Positions 8,010-15,964 of a DNA stretch of 21,176 nt are shown piece by piece. Under the pieces are notes generated by a model that saw only the letters and a program-made list of their open reading frames with translations, did not search any database and was not told the DNA's origin. This DNA comes from Myxococcota bacterium. GTDB lineage: Bacteria; Myxococcota; UBA4151. Within the stretch, counting starts at the first letter, position 1. Each line of letters opens with the position of its first letter. The stretch is from the NCBI GenBank assembly GCA_040260805.1, contig JBDQPD010000058.1, forward strand, positions 1 to 21,176, written 5' to 3'. A program made the position numbers and the translations under genes.

Positions 8010-9199
8010 GAGCTCGGCTGCTCCGACGCTGCGACCACCGTGCAGCCACCCAAGTCACCAAGCACATTCACGCTCGTTCTGAGCATATCCAAGAACCGAT
8101 CGACGGCTAGGATCAAGCCGACACCCTCTAGCGGAAGACCCACGGCGCTGAGCACCAGCGCCATGGTCACCAAACCGGCGCTCGGAATACCTGCCGCACC
8201 AATCGCCGCTAGGCAGGCAGTGAACGCGACCACCACTTGGTCGCCGATGCCGAGCGAGATCCCATAGACCTGGGCGATAAACAAAGCCGCCACCGCTTCG
8301 TAGAGCGCCGTTCCGTCCATATTGATGGTTGCACCGAGTGGCGCCACCGTGCGGCTCACCGCCGGGTCCACGCCGAGCTCCTTCTCGGCTGCCTCAAGGG
8401 TGACCGGGAGCGTGGCAGCCGAGGACGCCGAACTAAACGCAACCATCAAGGGTTTTAGGGCGCCCTTGAGGTACCGCAGCGGCGTGGGACCGCCAAACAG
8501 ACGCACCGCCAGGGGCAGGACTACCAAGCCGTGAATGGCGAGCCCCAAGGCGACGCAGAGGACGTAAGGGCCTAGCTTTAAGATGGGATCAATCCCGCTG
8601 GCGGCGACCTGCTTAAAGGCTAGCGAGAACACCCCCACCGGGGTGCACCAGATCAAAATATCGATGAGCTTCGCCAGCGCAGACTCGGCGCTCTCGAGCA
8701 TCGGAACCCACACCCCGCCACCCTCGACGCGACCGAGCATCAAGCCAAAGAGTAAGGCAAAGACCAGCACGCCCAAAACGTTGCCCTGTGACCAGGCTTT
8801 GATCGGATCCATAAACAGCTTAGCGACCTGCGCTTTGACGAACGCAGCGCCGGTCAGAGGCTGGACCGTCGGCGCTGACGAGGACGCAATGGCTGCACGG
8901 TCTGTTGAGACGCCCGGCTGAAGCGTGTTCACCAGCGTCAACCCAAGCCCAACAGCCAGAACCATGGTGGTCAGAAAGTAGAGCATCGCTCGACGAAGCC
9001 ATCGCAAAAGCTGAGGCGCAGAGCCCAGTTTGGCCATCGCACCTGCGACCGAGCAAAAGACGATCGGTAGAATCAGAGCCTTGAGCCCCGCCACAAACAT
9101 CTCGCCAGGTAAGGCTAGCCACAAACCCCATCCGGGGACCGCTAAGCCCGCAGCGGCGCCGAGAACCAGACCGATTAAGATGATACCTGCAAAGCGCAT
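8006..9199 (-). CDS. Dicarboxylate/amino acid:cation symporter (DAACS/GltP family), probably Asp/Glu uptake
   Basis: FSSASSAATLP, GATINMDGTALYE, AIGAAGIPSAG, DRFLDMLRTSVNVLGD; the Arg in DMLRT matches the acidic-substrate determinant of GltPh-type carriers. GAGGA RBS. Confidence 0.93.
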   Translation of the reverse strand: MRFAGIILIGLVLGAAAGLAVPGWGLWLALPGEMFVAGLKALILPIVFCSVAGAMAKLGSAPQLLRWLRRAMLYFLTTMVLAVGLGLTLVNTLQPGVSTDRAAIASSSAPTVQPLTGAAFVKAQVAKLFMDPIKAWSQGNVLGVLVFALLFGLMLGRVEGGGVWVPMLESAESALAKLIDILIWCTPVGVFSLAFKQVAASGIDPILKLGPYVLCVALGLAIHGLVVLPLAVRLFGGPTPLRYLKGALKPLMVAFSSASSAATLPVTLEAAEKELGVDPAVSRTVAPLGATINMDGTALYEAVAALFIAQVYGISLGIGDQVVVAFTACLAAIGAAGIPSAGLVTMALVLSAVGLPLEGVGLILAVDRFLDMLRTSVNVLGDLGGCTVVAASEQPSS

Positions 9200-9337
9200 A
9201 GAAGTTCCTCTTCATGCGCTTGGTCGCACCCGCGCCAAAAACTAGCAACAGACGTCGAGTTCCCTTTTGCTGCTGCCGCTGCTAACCAAGCTCCGCCTAC
9301 GGCGACGTAGACCCCCCTGCGACGAGACGAGAACCTT

Positions 9338-10069
9338 TTGCGTACTGCTATCATCTCTGATCTTCACGCCAATCTACCAGCCGCAGAGGCTGTCTTCGAA
9401 CGAATTCGGCATCTGGATATCGATCGGATCGCCTGCCTTGGCGACGTCGTTGGTTATGGCGCCAACCCCAACGAGGTCTGCGATTTGGTGCGGACTCATG
9501 CGGACATCACGATCGTTGGCAATCATGACGCTGCGGTCAGCGGCCGCATGGATTACACCAACTATTATCAGGCGGCTCGAGAGGCTCTGGATTGGACTTC
9601 GAGGGTTCTCGATGAGGACCACAGGGCTTGGCTCAAGGCGCTTCCTTACTCGGTCGAAGACCAAGGCCTGTGCTTTGTCCACGGCTCACCGATCTTCCCT
9701 GAAGCCTTTGATTATGTCTTCAACCTTGAGCTGGCGCGGGCGCACTGCCGCTACGCAGATCGCCTGTCATGGGTCACGTTCATGGGTCACACCCACCTGA
9801 CCCGCTCCTGGCGCGTCAACACCGGCGGCGCTTGGAATATGCCGCTCGCGCCGTTTCGGGCGAGTGAGCGGTTCAAATACTTGGTGACGGTAGGCTCCGT
9901 CGGCCAGCCTCGAGACTACGACCCGAGAGCCTGCTTCGTGGTCTTTGATTCAGAGACTCAGCGGATCGAACACATACGGGTCCCTTACGATATCAAAACT
10001 GCCGGTGATCGCATTCGAGCTGCGGGCTTGTCAGACCACTTCGCCCGAAGGCTGGCTCGTGGCGTATGA
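9338..10069 (+). CDS. Calcineurin-like metallophosphoesterase
   Basis: SDLHAN, LGDVVGYG, GNHD, VHGSP, GHTH, GSVGQPRD.DPRA; TTG start. Confidence 0.93.
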   Translation: MRTAIISDLHANLPAAEAVFERIRHLDIDRIACLGDVVGYGANPNEVCDLVRTHADITIVGNHDAAVSGRMDYTNYYQAAREALDWTSRVLDEDHRAWLKALPYSVEDQGLCFVHGSPIFPEAFDYVFNLELARAHCRYADRLSWVTFMGHTHLTRSWRVNTGGAWNMPLAPFRASERFKYLVTVGSVGQPRDYDPRACFVVFDSETQRIEHIRVPYDIKTAGDRIRAAGLSDHFARRLARGV

Positions 10070-10397
10070 TTTAGACAGCCCTAAGGTGCTGCCGAGGCTT
10101 CAATCCAAGATCGAACTTCAAGAAGCGAACCTTCGAGGGCTCGTGACGTACGCACGGGGTGCTCGATACATCCTGATGATCGCAATCATGCTCTTCGCTG
10201 GAGCCGTCTTCTCGTGGTTTACAGAGCACCGAACGCTCGCAGCCTGGCTGATCGGTTATACAGCCCTGTGTTGGGTTACCCATTATCTGTTTGCCCCTCT
10301 ACTCGCCCACTATGCCCAAAGTGCCGAACGCGAACTCGCAGAACTTCAAGAGCTGTACGAACAAGCGCTCGCCCGGCAGAAAGAACGTCCATCGTGA
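10059..10397 (+). CDS. Small hypothetical membrane protein (about 112 aa, 2 TM helices, coiled-coil ends)
   Basis: 3' part of track ORF 9945..10397. GTG 10059 with GAAGG upstream overlaps the previous stop; its TGA overlaps the next GTG (GTGA). Fills the gap exactly; two hydrophobic segments. Confidence 0.7.
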   Translation: MAYDLDSPKVLPRLQSKIELQEANLRGLVTYARGARYILMIAIMLFAGAVFSWFTEHRTLAAWLIGYTALCWVTHYLFAPLLAHYAQSAERELAELQELYEQALARQKERPS

Positions 10398-11746
10398 TCG
10401 ATCATGCTGATGATTATATCGACTTCCTCAACGAGGCGGTCACTCCTTTTCACGCCGTCGCCGAGCTCAAGCGCCGGTTTGGCGCTGAAGGCTTTAGCCT
10501 GATGAACGCCTCGAGCGACTGGAAGGTTCATGGCGGCGACCGGCTGATGATCGAATCAGCCGATGGACGCTCGTTGATTGCGATCGTTGTCGGTGAAGAG
10601 TGTCCTGCGCATGGCGGATACTCGATCATCGGCTCGCACACCGACTCACCCGACTTACGCCTCAAACCCGTCCCGGTCAGTGAGAAGGGTGGCGTGACCC
10701 GCCTTCACACCCAATTTCACGGGGGCTTGATCTATCGGTCCTGGCTTGACCGGCCCCTGGATCTGGGCGGCTGCCTTTATCACATTGTGCGAGACGACGA
10801 CGGGCGACCGAAATACTCGTTAGACTCCGAGCTACCCGAGATCAAAGCCACGGTGGTCCGCGCAGGTCAGCCGGTCGGGCTGATCCCTGACATCGCCATT
10901 CACCTCGACCGTGAGAAGAACGATAAAGGCGAGATCAACCCTGAGAAGTGGCTCAATGCGGTGCTGGGGACAGGCAGCCCAGACGAGGTGATGCCCAAGC
11001 TCAGCGAGCTGCTGGGTCACGACCTCGAGAAGGCGGATGGGTTTCATCTGCATCTCTTCCCGCACCAGCCGGCGCTGCGAGTGGGTATTGATCGCAGCAT
11101 TATTTTAGGACCGCGTCACGATGACCTGGCGATGGTCTATGCCAGCGCCCAGGCGTTGGTCGAGAGTCTCAAGAAGCGCAGCGAGCGCAGGCGGACTCGA
11201 GTGGCTGTCTTCTTTGACGCCGAAGAGGTCGGTTCGATGACGTCCTCAGGAGCTCATTCCGGGTTCTTGCGAGACAATCTGCTGAGGTTGACCCGAAGCC
11301 ATCAAGCCTTCGTTCGAGAAGAGATGGATCCGGAGCAAGCCTTTGTGGAGAGCTTTGTGATCTCGGCCGATATGGTGCACGCCGTGCATCCGAATCACCC
11401 CGAGAAGCACGAAGAGCGCCACGCGCCGAAGATTAACGAGGGCTTGGTGATCAAGACCAACGCCAACGAGCGCTACGCCACGACCGGCGAGACCGGTGCG
11501 ATGTTTCGTGCGATCTGCGAGCGAGCCAATGTCCCCGTCCAAGGCTTCGTGATTCGCCAGGATATGCGCTGTGGCAGCACCATCGGCCCGATGACCTCGG
11601 CCTTGCTTGGGGCGCGCACCGTCGATGTTGGGATTCCGATGTGGGGCATGCACAGCACTGGCGAGTCGGTGGGAGCACAAGACCTAGGACGAGCGGTGGC
11701 GGCATTTGCTGAGCACTTTTGTGGTCGGCCTGAGGGTTCCCTCTGA
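10394..11746 (+). CDS. M18-family (aspartyl) aminopeptidase
   Basis: TPFHAV, GSHTDSP, SWLDRPL, AIHLDR, DAEEVGS, SADMVHAVHPN, CGSTIGP, MHS. Start moved to GTG 10394. Confidence 0.95.
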   Translation: MIDHADDYIDFLNEAVTPFHAVAELKRRFGAEGFSLMNASSDWKVHGGDRLMIESADGRSLIAIVVGEECPAHGGYSIIGSHTDSPDLRLKPVPVSEKGGVTRLHTQFHGGLIYRSWLDRPLDLGGCLYHIVRDDDGRPKYSLDSELPEIKATVVRAGQPVGLIPDIAIHLDREKNDKGEINPEKWLNAVLGTGSPDEVMPKLSELLGHDLEKADGFHLHLFPHQPALRVGIDRSIILGPRHDDLAMVYASAQALVESLKKRSERRRTRVAVFFDAEEVGSMTSSGAHSGFLRDNLLRLTRSHQAFVREEMDPEQAFVESFVISADMVHAVHPNHPEKHEERHAPKINEGLVIKTNANERYATTGETGAMFRAICERANVPVQGFVIRQDMRCGSTIGPMTSALLGARTVDVGIPMWGMHSTGESVGAQDLGRAVAAFAEHFCGRPEGSL

Positions 11747-11854
11747 GCGTCATCAACCCCGTTTAAATAGCACCCACCTTAAAAGGTGTAGAAAAGCTGC
11801 TTTCCAAGTGGCGCTCTCATCTCTACCCATGCCCCGCTTAGTTTGGGGATCTTC

Positions 11855-14440
11855 ATGAGCAAGCTTCTGGTCATCGCCGAGAAACCTTCTGTTGCGCTGG
11901 ATCTAGCGAAAGCGCTGGGACCCTTTGATCGCAAAGACGGCGGTGATTACTTCGAGACCGACGGGCACGTGATCTCATTTGCCGTGGGTCACCTCGTCGA
12001 GCTCGAGGAGCCCGAGTCGTACGATAAGAAGTGGAAGGCGTGGACGCTCAGCAGTCTGCCGATCCTTCCCGATGCGTTCAGCCGCAAGCCACGTGACGCG
12101 AAAGCGATCAAACGACTCAAGGTGATCAAAGCCCTGGCGAAACGCAAAGACGTCACAGGCTACGTCAACGCATGTGATGCCGGGCGTGAGGGTGAGAACA
12201 TCTTTCGTACGGTCTTTACCTGGCTCAACCTTCCCAAGCCCACGCAGCGGCTGTGGTTGTCGAGCCTCACCCAAGGCGCCATCCGCAAGGGCTTCGAGAG
12301 CCTAAAGCCTGGGGACGATTTCAATGATCTAGGGGACGCCGCGGCATGCCGCGCAGAGGCCGATTGGTTGATCGGAATGAACGCCACACGCGCCATGTCG
12401 ATCCGTCTCAAATCCTTCAAGTATGAAGGCGTCTTCACCGCTGGCCGAGTGCAAACGCCAACCCTCACCATGCTGGTGGACCGAGAGCTCGAGATCTATC
12501 GCCACCAGCCGGTTCCCTACTGGTTGCTCAACGCCTCGTTCAGCGCTGGCGGACAGATCTACGAGTCCCGCTTTCATGCGGCTGAAGGCCCCCGCAAAGA
12601 TGCGGATCGCTTGGGCAGCCAAGAGATCGCCGATGCGGCGCTTAAAGCCACCCAAACAGCGACCGGTTGGACCGTGCGTGATGAGCGCACCGAACAGCTC
12701 CGCAAAGCGCCCCTACTCTTTGATCTGACCAGCCTTCAAAAGACGGCGAACAGTCTGTTTGGGTTTAGCGCCAAGCGAACCCTCGACGCCGCGCAGCGTC
12801 TCTATGAAGGTCACAAGCTGATCAGCTATCCACGTACCGATTCGAAGTTTCTCCCGCGTGATATGCTGGAGCGACTCGACCCCACCATCGAGGCGCTGGC
12901 TGGCTATGCTGCCACCGCCAAAGCTGCCCAGAAAATTCAGGCAGATGGCGCCGAGAACATCCACCGAAACTTTAATGATGCTAAGGTGACTGATCACTAC
13001 GCTATTGTTCCGATTCGAGTCCCTGAAGCTCCCCTGTCTGGCGACGACGAGCGCATCTTTAATTTGATCGCCCAACAGTTCGCCGCGGCGCACATGCCGC
13101 CTGCTAAATGGTCGAGCGTGAAGCGCTACACCGAGGCAGCGGGGCTGACCTATCAATGCAGCGGACGAGTCCTTGAAGTCCCTGGTTTTGAGATGGCGTT
13201 TGGTAAAAAGGTGGGCGACGGCTCGCCGCTCGCTGCGCTGCCGGCGGGCGCTGGTCAATCAGCGAGCTTGGTCGAGGCTGCACTTGAAGAGAAGCAGACC
13301 AAAGCGCCCCCTCGGCTCAGCGAGGCGCGCCTGCTGACCAAGATGGAGACCTGCGGCAAAGACATTGACGATGATGAGTTGTCCGAGGCGATGACCGCCC
13401 GAGGCTTGGGGACACCGGCGACACGCGCCGAGACCATCGAGAAGCTCATCGGCAGGCGCTATCTCGCCCGTGAGGGTAAGGCGCTCCGGGCGACCGCTAA
13501 AGCGATCCGATTGATCGAGGTGCTGCGCGCAGCAGGCGCACAAACGCTCACCAGCGTTGAGCTCACCGGCGAGCTTGAGCACCGCCTCAAGCAGGTCGAA
13601 GAGGGCGAGATCACCCGCGACGATTACATGCTGCTGATTCGCAGCCAAACCGAGGAGTTGACCACGAGCCTGTGTGGCATGTCCTTTGACGATATGTACC
13701 CCAACACTCAAGAGCTGGGCACGGTCCCAGGACTTGACGACATGATGGTGCGCGAGACCCCGTGGGGGTTCGAAGCGCAAGGCGACGAGCCCTTCTTCTT
13801 GTGGAAGGATCTGCGAGGTCATGTGCTCCAGCCTGCTCAGGTGACCCAACTGCTGACCCACGAAGATCATCAGATTGGGCCGATCACGCTGTTCCCACGG
13901 GCGGGCAGCAAGGGCAGCTCTTATGAGGTCTCACTCAAACTCGAACGCCATGAGGACGAGTCTTATGCTAAGCTCCCCCGGCGCGGCAAACGTGAGCCGA
14001 GTCGCTGGTACCTTCAGATCATCGGCGCCGATGGCGTGGTTCAATCCGCAGCCGGTCAGACGATCGAGGTCGATGCGAATGAGGAGGTCGTGGCGCCCTT
14101 GTGCACAGCCAAGGGCGGACAAGAGATCCAAGAGACCAATATTCGCTACGCGGATGGACCGGCGCTCAAGGGAGAGCGCGGCGGACTGACGCTTCCTAAA
14201 GAGGTCTGCAAACGCCAGATCACTCGTGAGGAGGCGCTGCTGTACTTTGAATCCGGCGCTACAGAGTTCCTCGAGAACTTCACCTCAAAGCGCGGCCGCC
14301 CCTTCAAAGCGAAGCTGTTCTTAAAGCCCAACGGTCGGCATGGCTTTGAGTTCGAACCGCGCAAGCCGCGTGCGCCCGCCAAAGGCAAAGCCGAGCCCAA
14401 GAAAAAAGCGACCAAAAAGGCGGCGGCTAAAGAGGCTTAG
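11855..14440 (+). CDS. topB: DNA topoisomerase III (type IA) with C-terminal repeats and Lys/Ala tail
   Basis: IAEKPSVA, NACDAGREGE, AGRVQTPTL, AQRLYE, ISYPRTDS (catalytic Tyr), GLGTPATRAETIE; C-terminal repeat ...RQITREEA..FTSKRGRPFKAKL. ATG 11855 with GGGGA RBS. Confidence 0.93.
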   Translation: MSKLLVIAEKPSVALDLAKALGPFDRKDGGDYFETDGHVISFAVGHLVELEEPESYDKKWKAWTLSSLPILPDAFSRKPRDAKAIKRLKVIKALAKRKDVTGYVNACDAGREGENIFRTVFTWLNLPKPTQRLWLSSLTQGAIRKGFESLKPGDDFNDLGDAAACRAEADWLIGMNATRAMSIRLKSFKYEGVFTAGRVQTPTLTMLVDRELEIYRHQPVPYWLLNASFSAGGQIYESRFHAAEGPRKDADRLGSQEIADAALKATQTATGWTVRDERTEQLRKAPLLFDLTSLQKTANSLFGFSAKRTLDAAQRLYEGHKLISYPRTDSKFLPRDMLERLDPTIEALAGYAATAKAAQKIQADGAENIHRNFNDAKVTDHYAIVPIRVPEAPLSGDDERIFNLIAQQFAAAHMPPAKWSSVKRYTEAAGLTYQCSGRVLEVPGFEMAFGKKVGDGSPLAALPAGAGQSASLVEAALEEKQTKAPPRLSEARLLTKMETCGKDIDDDELSEAMTARGLGTPATRAETIEKLIGRRYLAREGKALRATAKAIRLIEVLRAAGAQTLTSVELTGELEHRLKQVEEGEITRDDYMLLIRSQTEELTTSLCGMSFDDMYPNTQELGTVPGLDDMMVRETPWGFEAQGDEPFFLWKDLRGHVLQPAQVTQLLTHEDHQIGPITLFPRAGSKGSSYEVSLKLERHEDESYAKLPRRGKREPSRWYLQIIGADGVVQSAAGQTIEVDANEEVVAPLCTAKGGQEIQETNIRYADGPALKGERGGLTLPKEVCKRQITREEALLYFESGATEFLENFTSKRGRPFKAKLFLKPNGRHGFEFEPRKPRAPAKGKAEPKKKATKKAAAKEA

Positions 14441-15345
14441 TGCCCGGGGCGTGCGGCGTTGAGCGCGCCGCATAATAACCCCCAGCGCAAGCCTCCGGCG
14501 CTGAGTCGGTAGCTGTCCCAGCGGTATCGATGAGCCAGCGCTTGGTGGATCAGCGCAGCTGGCAAGAGCACGTCCACACGATCAGGGTCCATACCCGGCA
14601 TTGCGAGCCGCTCGGCGCGACTCCCAGCGTGCGCTAAACGCTCGACCAGCTCATCCAGGTCGGCGCGGCTCAAGGTCTGATCGTCTCGACCGACGAGCGC
14701 GCACAGTCGACGAATACTTCCCGAACAGGCGAGCGCTGTCCGATGATCTGGAGCCTGGACTTGGAGGTCGTCGAGTTGGTCCGCGATCACCGCCTTCATC
14801 GCCGCAACATGAACCGGCTCGACGGGATCGGCGCCTGCTTGCAGGCTTGAGAGCCGGACCCCACCCAAGGGGATTGATAGCCAACCGTCCATATGCCCCT
14901 GTGAGCCCCAAGCAACCTCTGCGGAGCCTCCGCCCACGTCAACGACCACTAAAGGCTCTACAGGCCGTCTCTCGGCGTCCCATACCCCTAGAAAGGCAGC
15001 GCCTGCCTCTTGCTGGTCGCTTAAGATTTCGATCGCGACGCCAAACTCGCTGCCCAGCTGCTGCGCTAAGTCGACCCCGTTGCTGACGTTGCGCAAACTT
15101 GCGGTCGCCGTCAGGCGCAGCGGAACCTTCCAAAGCCTAGCCCGGTCGATCAGCTCTCGAAGCGCTAAGCGCAGGCGCTCAACCCCTGCCAACGACAGGG
15201 CGCCGGAGTCATCAATATAGGCACCGAGACGAGCGCTTCGCTTAACGCGCTCAAGAACTTGCCAGCCCAGCGCGTCTGCACGCGCTACGACCAACACTAC
15301 CGAGTTGCTTCCAATGTCCACTAGCCCAACGGGCTGAGCGCTCAC
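14437..15345 (-). CDS. ppx: Ppx/GppA-family phosphatase, short form without a C-terminal HD domain
   Basis: VDIGSNS, ATASLR, ILSDQQEA, DVGGGSAE, GMDPDRVDV, GLRWG; GTGA overlap with the upstream gene. Confidence 0.88.
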   Translation of the reverse strand: MSAQPVGLVDIGSNSVVLVVARADALGWQVLERVKRSARLGAYIDDSGALSLAGVERLRLALRELIDRARLWKVPLRLTATASLRNVSNGVDLAQQLGSEFGVAIEILSDQQEAGAAFLGVWDAERRPVEPLVVVDVGGGSAEVAWGSQGHMDGWLSIPLGGVRLSSLQAGADPVEPVHVAAMKAVIADQLDDLQVQAPDHRTALACSGSIRRLCALVGRDDQTLSRADLDELVERLAHAGSRAERLAMPGMDPDRVDVLLPAALIHQALAHRYRWDSYRLSAGGLRWGLLCGALNAARPGH

Positions 15346-15821
15346 ACCAACTCAGGCACGTCGAAGTAGAAGTACTCATCGTGAGCCGCGATACGATCGA
15401 GCGCCTCGGGAGGCACTTTGCAGATCGAATAACGAATTTCGCTCAGTCGGTTGGGCGTGTTCGGAACATGAGCCACGATGTGACGCGAGGTGCCCGGGAG
15501 TCGTTTCCAACCGTTCTTAGCGTTGACCTCAGGAATCGGGGCTGTGTTTTCGGGATCCGGCAGTTCGACGCCCTCAGCGACCACCTGAGTTGCGATCTTG
15601 ACCTGAGGTTTCTTGTTGCGACGCCGAGGGCGCGCTCCAGGCTTGCTCGCCGCTTCCGACGCGCTCCGTGCACCTTTGAGGTGCGTTCCGGTCATACGCC
15701 GCCAACGCGAGCGCACAGCCATTGGGGTAATACCCGTCCGCTTGGAGATTTCTTTGTAGCTGTACCCAGCCTCTTTCATCTCAGCGATGGTGCTTAGGAG
15801 CTCTTCTTCACTACCTGCCAT
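15342..15821 (-). CDS. Hypothetical DNA-binding protein with N-terminal helix-turn-helix
   Basis: EMKEAGYSYKEISKRTGITPMAVRSRWRR is an HTH pattern, followed by a basic linker and a novel C-terminal domain. Start moved to ATG 15821 (GGAAGG RBS). Confidence 0.75.
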   Translation of the reverse strand: MAGSEEELLSTIAEMKEAGYSYKEISKRTGITPMAVRSRWRRMTGTHLKGARSASEAASKPGARPRRRNKKPQVKIATQVVAEGVELPDPENTAPIPEVNAKNGWKRLPGTSRHIVAHVPNTPNRLSEIRYSICKVPPEALDRIAAHDEYFYFDVPELV

Positions 15822-15843
15822 CACGTACCTTCCGCAGTCCAAA

Positions 15844-15866
15844 AGCCCACAGCTACGGCTTGGGCT
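15844..15866 (-). terminator. Stem-loop followed by a short U tract (weak terminator or 5' leader hairpin)
   Basis: Minus strand AGCCCA-AGC-CGTA-GCT-G-TGGGCT then TTT; only 4 consecutive U. Confidence 0.4.
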
Positions 15867-15871
15867 GAAGG

Positions 15872-15900
15872 TGTATAGGGACTTCGCCGGCGTCCGACAA
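15872..15900 (-). promoter_or_regulatory. Putative sigma70-type promoter for HTH gene and ppx
   Basis: Minus strand TTGTCG-N17-TATACA. Confidence 0.35.
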
Positions 15901-15964
15901 GGGTCAGTTTCCGGTTTTCTATGGAGCGCGCTCGACCGGTCGTCATCCCCTCGGTTCCGCCAAA

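Noticed and set aside
10214..10393. N-terminal extension of the M18 peptidase ORF
   Set aside because: Overlaps the 2-TM gene; family similarity begins at GTG 10394, which has a GTGA overlap.
11855..14440. topB as a marker of a conjugative element
   Set aside because: Flanked by housekeeping genes; no integrase, relaxase, T4SS or obvious compositional shift.
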